Made by a program: the position numbers and the translations under genes. Below are positions 49,859-58,804 of a DNA stretch of 64,000 nt, one piece after another. Source of the stretch: Thiotrichaceae bacterium (lineage in GTDB: Bacteria; Pseudomonadota; Gammaproteobacteria; UBA5859). Below the pieces are notes generated by a model, which worked only from the letters and a program-made list of their open reading frames with translations, did not search any database and had not been told where the DNA came from. The DNA lies in assembly GCA_041940025.1 (NCBI GenBank), contig JBGTSY010000002.1:129396-193395 (forward strand), given 5' to 3'. The first letter of the stretch is position 1; each line of letters starts with the position of its first letter.

Positions 49859-49901
49859 GATAATAAGAATGATTTGCATTAAGATTATCGATATGTATAA
49901 T
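49859..49901 (+). promoter_or_regulatory. sigma-70 promoter (-35 TTGCAT 49874-49879, -10 TATAAT 49896-49901, 16-nt spacer) overlapped by a Fur-box-like site GATAATAAGAATGATTTGC (49859-49877)
   Basis: 14/19 match to GATAATGATAATCATTATC; perfect -10 hexamer; ~40 nt upstream of GTG start of porin-like gene. Confidence 0.45.
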
Positions 49902-49941
49902 GTCGCTTTTCTGGCAATCGTCAAAGTCCTGTGGGGGAAAA

Positions 49942-51057
49942 GTGAATATTCGAACTCTGTTATTAATAGGCTTGGGGGGGATTAGCTCTTCCTTGCTAGC
50001 GGATCCAGCTTTAAAACAAGAGGTGTCCGATCTCCGGCAAGAGAATCAGATCTTGAGCGAACGGGTGGACTGGTTAGCCGACCAAATTGAACAAGATACT
50101 GGTGACAGCCAAAAGTCCAGCACCATAGGTGGGTACGGTGAGCTGCACTACAACAATCTGGATAGTGGTGAAGAGATCGATTTCCATCGTTTTGTGCTAT
50201 TTTTCGGTCACCAGTTTAACGAAAACATTCAATTTCATTCGGAATTGGAAGTGGAACATGTGGGCACCGGAGGCAGCACGCTGGGTGGTGAAGTTGAATT
50301 GGAACAGGCGTACATCGACTTCTACATCAACGAACAGAAGAATATCAAAGCGGGATTGTTTTTGATTCCAGTGGGATTTCTCAATGAAACTCATGAACCC
50401 CCCACATTTTTTGGCGTGGAACGCAATCCAATAGAAAAAAATATTATTCCCACAACCTGGTGGGAGGGCGGCGTGGCTGCTTACGGAGAGCTGATTCCTG
50501 GGCTACGATACGACATTGCGTTGACCTCTGGCCTGGATCTTTCCAGTGCGGACAAAGTGCGTTCGGGTCGCCAGAAAGTCTCTAATGCACGTGCCGAGGG
50601 CAAGTTAATTAGTACACGGCTGCAATATAACGCCATACCCGGTATTCAGATCGGGATGAGTGTGCTCTATCAAGATGATGTGAATCAGGATACTACCGCC
50701 GATAAGGCAGACGCGACTCTGGTGGAGGCGCATGGTGCCGTTCGTCGAGGACCATTCGCGGTACGGGCCTTATATGCAACTTGGGATATTGAGGACAAAA
50801 CTAACGGTTACGATGAACAATCGGGTTGGTACATTGAGCCTGCCTATTATCCTTGTGAAAAATGGGGCGTCTTTGTTCGTTTTAATGAGTGGGATAATCG
50901 AGCTGGGGATTCAGCAAGCGATAGTGAAATCGAGCAAGTGGATGTGGGCGTCAACTATTGGCCCCATCCCGATGTAGTCTTGAAGCTGGATTTTCAGGAC
51001 CAGGATGGTGCCAGCGATGACGACGGGTTTAATTTAGGTGTGGGTTATCAGTTCTAG
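49942..51057 (+). CDS. outer-membrane porin-like beta-barrel with N-terminal periplasmic coiled-coil (OprO/P-like architecture)
   Basis: GTG start gives signal peptide VNIRTLLLIGLGGISSSLLA|DP; heptad coiled coil (LKQEVSDLRQENQILSERVDWLADQIEQ); C-terminal …GVGYQF; the ORF-track ATG at 49900 lies inside the -10 box. Confidence 0.5.
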   Translation: MNIRTLLLIGLGGISSSLLADPALKQEVSDLRQENQILSERVDWLADQIEQDTGDSQKSSTIGGYGELHYNNLDSGEEIDFHRFVLFFGHQFNENIQFHSELEVEHVGTGGSTLGGEVELEQAYIDFYINEQKNIKAGLFLIPVGFLNETHEPPTFFGVERNPIEKNIIPTTWWEGGVAAYGELIPGLRYDIALTSGLDLSSADKVRSGRQKVSNARAEGKLISTRLQYNAIPGIQIGMSVLYQDDVNQDTTADKADATLVEAHGAVRRGPFAVRALYATWDIEDKTNGYDEQSGWYIEPAYYPCEKWGVFVRFNEWDNRAGDSASDSEIEQVDVGVNYWPHPDVVLKLDFQDQDGASDDDGFNLGVGYQF

Positions 51058-51595
51058 CTCGTCAGCTCAACGGTGGTTCAATCGCGGCAGCCTGCTGTTA
51101 TTCAGCGGGCTGCTGGCGATTTGCATGACCGATGCTATTGGCCGTGTTCATATCAGCACTCAGGAGTTTTTAACACAACATTTTAACGAGCAAGTACCCG
51201 CACCCCAAATCCTTTGGCTAACAGAAGAATTGCAACGGACTGCGACCGATTTACTGGATCATCCACCGCAGACCATACGCTTGCGTTATTGGCGGCAAGG
51301 CACTAAAGTCGCGTGGGTGATTAATGAAATAGGCAAAGAAAAGCCCATTACTTTCGGTATTGTCGTGCAAGATCACAAAATCGAATCGATTCAGGTACTG
51401 GCATTTAGGGAGTCTCGTGGTGGAGAGATCCGATACTCGGCTTATCGTCAACAATTTAACGGTTCTGCTTTGACATCGAATAATAGATTAGACAAACAAA
51501 TAGACGGTATCACCGGAGCCACCCTATCCGTACGTGCCATGCAGCGAGTGGCACGACTCGCATTATTTGTCAGTAGCGTGGTTGTGGATTCCTAA
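51038..51595 (+). CDS. FMN-binding domain protein (periplasmic/membrane-anchored)
   Basis: 185 aa; N-terminal anchor; C-terminal …QIDGITGATLSVRAMQ… FMN_bind signature (ITGAT). Confidence 0.55.
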   Translation: MWVISSSSSAQRWFNRGSLLLFSGLLAICMTDAIGRVHISTQEFLTQHFNEQVPAPQILWLTEELQRTATDLLDHPPQTIRLRYWRQGTKVAWVINEIGKEKPITFGIVVQDHKIESIQVLAFRESRGGEIRYSAYRQQFNGSALTSNNRLDKQIDGITGATLSVRAMQRVARLALFVSSVVVDS

Positions 51596-51601
51596 AATAC
51601 T

Positions 51602-52381
51602 ATGTCCCCATGGATCCGTCGGTTTCTTCTCTGGCATCGCATGGTGGGCCTTGCCGTTGCTGCGATTCTAATTATATTGGCCATTACGGGCGTATTGCTC
51701 AATCATGCCGATGATCTACGACTACATCAACGTTGGATCACACACCCTGCAATTCTGGATTGGTATCAAATTCCCACGAGTGATCACCCGCCGCTCTCTT
51801 TTAAGGTGGGTGAGAGTTGGGTTAGCCAGTTAGAAGAGCACATCTATTTTAACGAGACATTTTTACGTCACAGTGATTCTATATTCTTGGGTGCAGTCGC
51901 CTACGAAGAGGGATGGCTATATGCCTTGAACAATCAATTGTACCTCTATACCGCAGAAGCGCGGCTCATTGAACAGGTAGATTTAACCTTGGAATTTTCG
52001 CAACCTATCGAAAAAATAGGCACCAATTCAGAGAACCAATTGATTGTGATGGTTGCCCAAAATAGCTGGATAGCAGATGATGAATTATTGGGATGGTGGC
52101 CCTATTTGGAAAATGACGTGAGTTGGGCGCGTCCGGTCTCTTTACCCAACAGGCTCCAGTCCCGATTGGTTCAACTTCATCGTCAACGGCAATTGAGTTA
52201 TGAAGATCTGATACTGGATCTCCATAATGCACAGGTACTGGGCCCCATAGGCAAGTGGTTGTTAGATATTTTGGCGCTCTCTCTGTTGCTGTTGGCTACT
52301 AGTGGACCTTATATTTGGTGGCATGCGATTCGCAAAAACCGTAGCCGCAGACGCACGGTGCGGCGCACAAATCGATCATAA
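51602..52381 (+). CDS. PepSY-associated TM-helix protein (PiuB/FoxB-like iron-regulated membrane protein, short form)
   Basis: MSPWIRRFLLWHRMVGLAVAAILIILAITGVLLNHADDL N-terminal PepSY_TM motif; second TM near C-terminus with HxxR-like segment (…PYIWWHAIRKNR). Confidence 0.55.
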   Translation: MSPWIRRFLLWHRMVGLAVAAILIILAITGVLLNHADDLRLHQRWITHPAILDWYQIPTSDHPPLSFKVGESWVSQLEEHIYFNETFLRHSDSIFLGAVAYEEGWLYALNNQLYLYTAEARLIEQVDLTLEFSQPIEKIGTNSENQLIVMVAQNSWIADDELLGWWPYLENDVSWARPVSLPNRLQSRLVQLHRQRQLSYEDLILDLHNAQVLGPIGKWLLDILALSLLLLATSGPYIWWHAIRKNRSRRRTVRRTNRS

Positions 52382-52394
52382 CAAGAGGCGTTCT

Positions 52395-53420
52395 ATGCAT
52401 AAAAAATTTCTCACCTTAGTTTTATTGTTGTTTGCCTTCCCAGTGACGGCTGCCGAGCGGGAATATTGGATCGCTGCAGAAATAGTTGAGTGGAACTATG
52501 CGCCTAGCGGTCAGAATTTAATCCGAGAACAAAAGGGACTAGGCGTTTGGGGAGACTATCTGATTTATAAGAAATACCGTTATGTGCAATACGTTGACGG
52601 AAGGTTCAAGACACGGGTACCGCAACCAAAGTGGATGGGTATTTTAGGTCCGCAACTGCGTGCAGAAGAAGGCGACACCTTGACCGTACATTTTCTCAAT
52701 CGAACAGATAAACCACTCAGTATTCATCCACATGGCGTGCACTATGATGAGCAAAATGAAGGCGCAGACATGAAAGGTAAGGGCGCCTTTGTGAAGCCAG
52801 GGGATCAATTTACCTATACCTGGCACGCGGATAGTGGTTCGGCTCCAGGGGAGAATGATCATTCTTCTCTCATCTGGACTTATCATTCTCATGTGGATCC
52901 AGTCACTGAAATTTACGACGGTTTGATTGGCACAATAGTCGTCACTAAGAAAGGCTGGGCACGATCTCCCGACGATCCACGCCCAAAAGATGTGGATTTG
53001 GAATTAACCAACCTATTTATGGTATTTGACGAGAATGGTCGTGAAGCATTGGATGTGCCGGCGACTTATCAAGTTCGTAGTGAAGAAGAAGTAGAGGAAG
53101 GCCACTTAAAACACAGCATCAATGGATTTATCTTTGGTAATCTTTTGGGTATGGATCTCATTCAAGGTCAAAAGGTTCGATGGCACTTAATTGGCATGGG
53201 TACAGAAGTGGATTTACACACAGTGCACTGGCATGGCGAGACGGTACTGCAATCAGGCCAGCGGCGGGATGTCATCGATCTGCTACCGAACACCACTGCC
53301 ACAGTAGACATGCGTGCCGACAATCCGGGGGAATGGTTATATCATTGTCATGTTACCGATCACATTACGGCTGGAATGGTTACCCGTTGGCGTGTTCGCG
53401 AAAAAACAAACTCCCCCTAG
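52395..53420 (+). CDS. small (two-domain-type) multicopper oxidase / cupredoxin-fold copper oxidase
   Basis: signal peptide MHKKFLTLVLLLFAFPVTA; Cu-ligand motifs HPHGVHY, WTYHSHVD, HTVHWHGE, HCHVTDHITAGM. Confidence 0.65.
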   Translation: MHKKFLTLVLLLFAFPVTAAEREYWIAAEIVEWNYAPSGQNLIREQKGLGVWGDYLIYKKYRYVQYVDGRFKTRVPQPKWMGILGPQLRAEEGDTLTVHFLNRTDKPLSIHPHGVHYDEQNEGADMKGKGAFVKPGDQFTYTWHADSGSAPGENDHSSLIWTYHSHVDPVTEIYDGLIGTIVVTKKGWARSPDDPRPKDVDLELTNLFMVFDENGREALDVPATYQVRSEEEVEEGHLKHSINGFIFGNLLGMDLIQGQKVRWHLIGMGTEVDLHTVHWHGETVLQSGQRRDVIDLLPNTTATVDMRADNPGEWLYHCHVTDHITAGMVTRWRVREKTNSP

Positions 53421-53717
53421 TTGTATCCTGGTTGTGCATAAAAAACGTGGTTAATAAAGGTATGAATCCTTAACGTTGTCAGAATTAGGATAGGCCGACA
53501 GAACCAGTAAACAATAGATTGAATGCAATAACCACTGTTGTTCAATACATAAACTCTGTTCGCATCACTATCAAATTCAAACTAAATATTTAATTTTATA
53601 ATATTCTAAAGTATTTTACTGCTGCTCCGAAACAAGGCAAAGGGTTCAGCATTCGAAAAATCGATAGAGTTCCCCGAACAATAATCAATTACAAAAATCA
53701 TTGGGGAATGGCATCAA

Positions 53718-54479
53718 GTGAAGAATTATTCAACTACTTTAGTTTCCATAGTTTTACTCTCTTACAGTTATTCAGCTTACGCCTATGAGAAAGGTGAAGT
53801 CTTGTTACGAAGCGGGATGGCTCTGTTAGATCCGAATGCCTCCAGTGAAGCGCTTGTGGTATCCGCACCTGCAGCCGGATTAAATCAACTCTCACTCAAC
53901 TCATTCCTAGGAACAGAGACCGGATTAGGTGTGGAAACGAATATTGCCATCGCAGGCAGTATAAGCTATCTATTGGGACCAACCTGGGGTATCGAAACTT
54001 TAATCGGTCTTCCTGCCGGACTAAAAATAACTGCTCAAGGTTTATCCGCACTAGGTATCGAGGATGTAGGTACAGTGGATGTCTTGCCATTGACCGCCAG
54101 TGTGCAGTACTACCCGAGATTAAAGAATGCAAATTTTCAACCCTATTTAGGATTTGGAACCTACTATGCCTATTTTGGTGAAATTAATTTAGATGATGAA
54201 CTAATGTCAGTTTTTGCTTTTGAAGAGGGTGAATTTGATTTTCGCAGTTCGGTTGGGTACACCATGAATGCCGGCATTGATTGGCAACTGGATGGTCGCT
54301 GGTTTGCAAACCTATCCTTCTATTACATCAATCTAGAGACTGAAGTAGAGGCAAGTATGGAGCAGAATATGTCGTTAGCTTTAGCCGCTGGCTCCGCTAC
54401 CCCAGTATCGGGAGAATTAGAAACTAAAGTAGATGCCGATACTTTCATCTATTTTGTCACTGCGGGATATCGATTTTAG
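53718..54479 (+). CDS. ompW: OmpW-family outer membrane protein
   Basis: signal peptide, 8-strand-size (253 aa), C-terminal …FVTAGYRF. Confidence 0.7.
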   Translation: MKNYSTTLVSIVLLSYSYSAYAYEKGEVLLRSGMALLDPNASSEALVVSAPAAGLNQLSLNSFLGTETGLGVETNIAIAGSISYLLGPTWGIETLIGLPAGLKITAQGLSALGIEDVGTVDVLPLTASVQYYPRLKNANFQPYLGFGTYYAYFGEINLDDELMSVFAFEEGEFDFRSSVGYTMNAGIDWQLDGRWFANLSFYYINLETEVEASMEQNMSLALAAGSATPVSGELETKVDADTFIYFVTAGYRF

Positions 54480-54551
54480 AGTAAGTTCCGTACTTGTCCT
54501 CTAAACAAAGTACACCTAAATAAAATTTTAATTAGATCTGTTATGTAGCCA

Positions 54552-55640
54552 TTAAAAAGTAATGACCCCACGCGCATTCTTGCCTTGTTCAAGATCGTGA
54601 ATGGCTTGAACCGCTTCTGCTATAGGATAAGTTTTAGTTATTAGACGATCTAACTCTAGTTGATTCTGTTGGTACAATTTTAAATAGTGAGGAAAATCCG
54701 TTTTAAAATCTGCATCACCATACAGACACCCCTTAATGATTTTTCCACTCGCGGGCATCATCAAAGCATTGAGAGAGATCGTCTGATCGAAGCGACCGAT
54801 GCCTACCAATGTGACAGTACCGCCACGTCGAGTGGCAGCAAGTGCCTGTTGTACCAAGTCAGGATGGCCTACCACTTCGAAACTTTTGTCAACGCCAATG
54901 TTGTCTGTATGGTCCATAATTTCTTTAACTGAGTTCGCTTTTGCATGGATCAGATCAGTTGCACCAAACTCATTTGCTAAATCAAGTTTCTCTTGTGACA
55001 AATCCACGGCAAATATTTGCTTGGCGCCAGCGATTCGCGCACCTTGAATGACCGACAGACCGACTCCCCCGCAACCAAATATTGCGACTCTGTCTCCTCT
55101 GCACACCGGTGCGGTTTTTAACGCTGCGCCGACGCCAGTGGTTACCCCGCAGCCGACTAGTGCGGCAATTTCAAATGGCACGTCTGCATCAATTGCAGTT
55201 AAACTGATGCTGGGCACGATCGCATATTCAGCCATGTTTCCTAACATAAACAGTGTTGAGACGGGCCTGCCTTTCATGGACAGTCTTGTCGTGCCATCTA
55301 ACATTTTTCCAGGCTCTGATTGGTTGGCCGCCAAGCAAAAGTTGGGTGCCTGATGTTCACAGAAATAGCAATGACCACACTGGGGAATAAAGGAAAGCAA
55401 TACATGATCCCCACACTGAACATTCGCGACGCCTTCTCCAACCTGTTCCACAATACCGGCGCCTTCATGGCCGATGACAGTGGGGAACGGATGAGGGATG
55501 GTGCCATTGATAATAGACAGATCAGAGTGACAGACACCGGCAGCCCGCATCCGAACGAGTACTTCACCGGCTTTCGGCTTATCTAGGGAGACATCTTCAA
55601 CAGCGTATTGATTGAGTTGGTGCACAACTAAGGCTTTCAT
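54552..55640 (-). CDS. zinc-dependent alcohol dehydrogenase (MDR family)
   Basis: GVCHSDLS…GHEGAGIV catalytic Zn motif; structural Zn Cys cluster; GCGGVGLSV NAD motif. Confidence 0.85.
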   Translation of the reverse strand: MKALVVHQLNQYAVEDVSLDKPKAGEVLVRMRAAGVCHSDLSIINGTIPHPFPTVIGHEGAGIVEQVGEGVANVQCGDHVLLSFIPQCGHCYFCEHQAPNFCLAANQSEPGKMLDGTTRLSMKGRPVSTLFMLGNMAEYAIVPSISLTAIDADVPFEIAALVGCGVTTGVGAALKTAPVCRGDRVAIFGCGGVGLSVIQGARIAGAKQIFAVDLSQEKLDLANEFGATDLIHAKANSVKEIMDHTDNIGVDKSFEVVGHPDLVQQALAATRRGGTVTLVGIGRFDQTISLNALMMPASGKIIKGCLYGDADFKTDFPHYLKLYQQNQLELDRLITKTYPIAEAVQAIHDLEQGKNARGVITF

Positions 55641-55840
55641 AAAGTTATTCCTAGTCTGACATGCGGGGCTTTGCAGTTAATAAAATGTGGATCTTACTAT
55701 GGATATAGTTTTCCTTCGTTGGCTCTAGCGTTGCAATTCACCCCATATTTATCTGTCGAATAATCGCTGACAGATGTTTCACAATTTTTTCACGAATCTC
55801 CCAGTAACATGCCACTTTCAAACTTAAAGAGGAGAGTTAG

Positions 55841-56368
55841 ATGAAATTGTCTCGCTACGTAATCAGTTTTAGCATAGTTATTGTCTGTATCGCTACCCCG
55901 TCATTCGCGGAATCAGAAGACTGGCCGAAAGAGTTCGAATTAGAGAAATACTTTATTGGAAAAACGACTGCCTGGGGGATTTTTGAAAATCGTCAAGGAG
56001 AGCTTGTACGTCAGTTTAAAGTGAGCATCGTCGGGGAAATGCAAGATAATGAATTGGTCTTGACCGAAGATTTCCACTACGCCAATGGAGAACAACAAAC
56101 ACGGATCTGGCGAATCGAACGCCTAGAGAACGGAGGTTATCAAGGAAGGGCAGCCGATGTAGTCGGCAACGCAGTAGGTGAGGTGAAGGGAAATCAATTG
56201 TACTGGGCGTATCATTTAGAGTTACCCGTAGGTGATAAAAGTTATGAAGTGAAGTTCACCGATAAAATGTACCTACAGCCAAATGACGTACTAATTAATC
56301 GAGCCATAGTCACCAAATGGGGATTTCGAGTGGGTGAGGTGACAATCGTATTTCTACCAGACAGCTAG
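55841..56368 (+). CDS. hypothetical secreted protein (possibly DUF3833-like)
   Basis: signal peptide MKLSRYVISFSIVIVCIATPSFA; no confident family. Confidence 0.3.
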   Translation: MKLSRYVISFSIVIVCIATPSFAESEDWPKEFELEKYFIGKTTAWGIFENRQGELVRQFKVSIVGEMQDNELVLTEDFHYANGEQQTRIWRIERLENGGYQGRAADVVGNAVGEVKGNQLYWAYHLELPVGDKSYEVKFTDKMYLQPNDVLINRAIVTKWGFRVGEVTIVFLPDS

Positions 56369-56700
56369 ATGATTCTATTGAAGAGTCATCGTCTGTTATA
56401 GTTAATGTATTTGCTAATGATGAAGCCTGAAAATTTTTCAGGCTTGTGGCAACCTCAAAAAAATCTCCAATAAGATGATTGACTAGTAAATGCACTCCTC
56501 GCGCTCGTCAGGGTGTACAGCTTTGGCGATAAACAGTGGGGATCTAAAACGGTACTAAGTGATTAGTTACCTTCTATTGAGAAGAACATGTAAATACAGT
56601 GAGACCGCAGCTGGCGATGATAACCGATGGTGATCTAGCATGTGTTATTTTTCTTAAGACAGGAGCCGCCTAAACAGTGTCAGCGCAAATTTAGGATCTG

Positions 56701-57987
56701 CTATTCTTGTGCTTCTGCATCTTGTATTAAGGTAACTATTAACCCCCCCTCGGGTCGATTCTCGTACTTGATTCGAAAATCAAAATCGTCTACCAATCTT
56801 TTCACGATAGAGAGCCCAATGCCTTCACCGGCCTTGTTATGACCACGGCCGCGTACATGGCGTTCGAAAATATGAGGCAATAATTCCGGCTCGATGCCCG
56901 GGCCATTATCGTAGATTTGCACACGATTGCTCGAGACCCTTATTTCAATATTACCTACCTCAGAGTAACTAATGGCATTACGTATTAAATTACTCAGGAT
57001 GATGCGCACCACCTGGTGTGGTGCTTCAATCTGCCAGTCAGAAATCACCACAAGTTCGATCTCTTGAGACTTGCCGACAACAAGCGGTTGCAATTTTTCA
57101 ATTTCTTCAGAAACCAATTGCACCATACTTTGCTGTGGTTGATCATTGATAATACTGCTTTCCCGCGCCAGGAGTAGAAACACATGAATCAACTCTGCCA
57201 AGTCACGACTGGCCTTTTTCATCATTTTTAAGCGGCTTTTCGCTTTGTCTGACAAGGATGGATCGGTCAATAACATTTGAATGGCACCATCCAGAATAGT
57301 GACTGGGGTGCGCAGTTCGTGGCTGGCATCGGCTGTGAATTGACGTTCTCTTTTTATCAGTTGATCGATTCTTTGGGAATATTCCTGTAGTGCCACCGCC
57401 AGATCTGCTACCTCACCCTTTAGTTTTGGGATCTCCCGATTAAACATCTCCTGTGCGTTTTCCGCGTCCATTCCCTGAACTTGTTTGGCTAGGTGCAGCA
57501 CTGGCGAAATGGCGCCCCAGGTCAGGCGATAACTTATCCAAGTGCCAATGTAGAGTAATATTAGGATGACACTCAGCGGCAAGACTCCAAATAGGAATAC
57601 TAACTTATCTACATTTGCCTCCAGATACACCAGATATAAGCTTTGATTATCGAAATGTTGTACGTACACAGGCACTGCCGGATAAGTGTCAGAATAGAAA
57701 ACATCGATACTCAGTCCCGTCGGCAGCTGTCGTAGAGAAATGGGTAAAGGCGTCTTACCCCCATTGCTAGTGAGGTAACCGATGAGGTTTCTTGTACGTG
57801 GTAGTGGGAAACTGGGATCCTTTCGATATTCTTCAATGAAACTGTGTGCCTCCAGCTCTAACGCTTCTTCCACTAAAACCTGTTCGGTTATCCAGCGAAC
57901 CAAGAGAATGGTGAGCACTAACAACAGGGAGATAAACACCAGTTGCAATGCTAAGGGATTTGAGCGCAGGCGGCTAAAGGGATTCAA
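56701..57987 (-). CDS. two-component sensor histidine kinase (2 TM, HAMP, HisKA, HATPase_c)
   Basis: H-box ADASHELRTPVTIL; N/G boxes LIRNAISYS…, DNGPGI…GEGIGLSIV. Confidence 0.8.
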   Translation of the reverse strand: MNPFSRLRSNPLALQLVFISLLLVLTILLVRWITEQVLVEEALELEAHSFIEEYRKDPSFPLPRTRNLIGYLTSNGGKTPLPISLRQLPTGLSIDVFYSDTYPAVPVYVQHFDNQSLYLVYLEANVDKLVFLFGVLPLSVILILLYIGTWISYRLTWGAISPVLHLAKQVQGMDAENAQEMFNREIPKLKGEVADLAVALQEYSQRIDQLIKRERQFTADASHELRTPVTILDGAIQMLLTDPSLSDKAKSRLKMMKKASRDLAELIHVFLLLARESSIINDQPQQSMVQLVSEEIEKLQPLVVGKSQEIELVVISDWQIEAPHQVVRIILSNLIRNAISYSEVGNIEIRVSSNRVQIYDNGPGIEPELLPHIFERHVRGRGHNKAGEGIGLSIVKRLVDDFDFRIKYENRPEGGLIVTLIQDAEAQE

Positions 57988-57992
57988 ATTTA

Positions 57993-58730
57993 CTATGTGG
58001 GTTGGTCATGCAAGCGATAGCCAATGCCATGAATGGTATGTAGCAATTTTTTCTCAAAAGGTTTATCGATGGCTTGACGGATAGCGGACATATGGGTGCG
58101 TAACGCATCACTGTCGGTGGGTTCATCGCCCCACACCGCCGCTTCGATTTCCTGCCTGGATACCACGCGATGGCTCTGTTGCATGAGTAGGTTTAAAATT
58201 TTTAGCCGTACGGGGTTCAGCGTAATCTGTGTGTTTTCTCGAGTGACCTGAAAGGTTTCAGTGTTTAGGATTAAATCCCCGACCTTAATTTCTGTATCCA
58301 TGCCATGACGTGTTCGACGCCATAGTGCGGTCAATCGTGCTTCCACCTCCGGTAAGTCGAAAGGTTTCACTAAATAATCATCCGCGCCTATATCGAATCC
58401 GGTGAGTTTATCCTCGAGGGTGTCCCGAGCGGTTAACATTAAGATGGTGACTGATGAGTGTGCCTCTTGACGTAGTTTGCGACAAACTTCAATCCCGTCC
58501 ATGCCAGGCAATGCCCAATCCAGGATGATTGCGTCATACTCATTTTCTGTGGCCAGCTGGTATGCGGCATGGCCATCTGCGGCGTGATCCGGAATGTGTC
58601 CCAGATCTGCGAGATAATCTAATAGCAATGTTGCGATGTCTAAATTATCTTCAACCACCAAGACACGGCATTTAAGATCGGTGATTTTATTCATAGGAGT
58701 CAGACCACAGGGTAAGGTGATACTGACCAT
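57993..58730 (-). CDS. OmpR-family response regulator
   Basis: receiver (RVLVVEDN…ILDWALPGMDG) + winged-helix trans_reg_C (…HTIHGIGYRL); real start probably internal MNKITDLK. Confidence 0.8.
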   Translation of the reverse strand: MVSITLPCGLTPMNKITDLKCRVLVVEDNLDIATLLLDYLADLGHIPDHAADGHAAYQLATENEYDAIILDWALPGMDGIEVCRKLRQEAHSSVTILMLTARDTLEDKLTGFDIGADDYLVKPFDLPEVEARLTALWRRTRHGMDTEIKVGDLILNTETFQVTRENTQITLNPVRLKILNLLMQQSHRVVSRQEIEAAVWGDEPTDSDALRTHMSAIRQAIDKPFEKKLLHTIHGIGYRLHDQPT

Positions 58731-58756
58731 TTTATCTTAGGTTGGAAAATTTAGGT

Positions 58757-58784
58757 ATAAAAAACCCCGAGCCGGAGCTCGGGG
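58757..58784 (-). terminator. rho-independent terminator downstream of DUF4397 lipoprotein gene
   Basis: on minus strand ccccgagc-uccg-gcucgggg followed by UUUUUU (plus-strand aaaaaa 58759-58764, stem 58765-58784); preceded by G8/C8 homopolymer 58793-58800. Confidence 0.55.
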
Positions 58785-58804
58785 TCAGTCAAGGGGGGGG
58801 TGAA

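Noticed and set aside
49900-49941. ATG at 49900 as the start of the porin-like gene (ORF-track start)
   Set aside because: The ATG lies inside the predicted -10 hexamer (TATAAT 49896-49901). The in-frame GTG at 49942 yields a proper signal peptide, so the first 14 codons are probably untranslated.
53421-53717. FNR/ArcA box upstream of ompW
   Set aside because: I looked for TTGAT-N4-ATCAA; only loose partial matches (TATCAAATTCAAA), not convincing.
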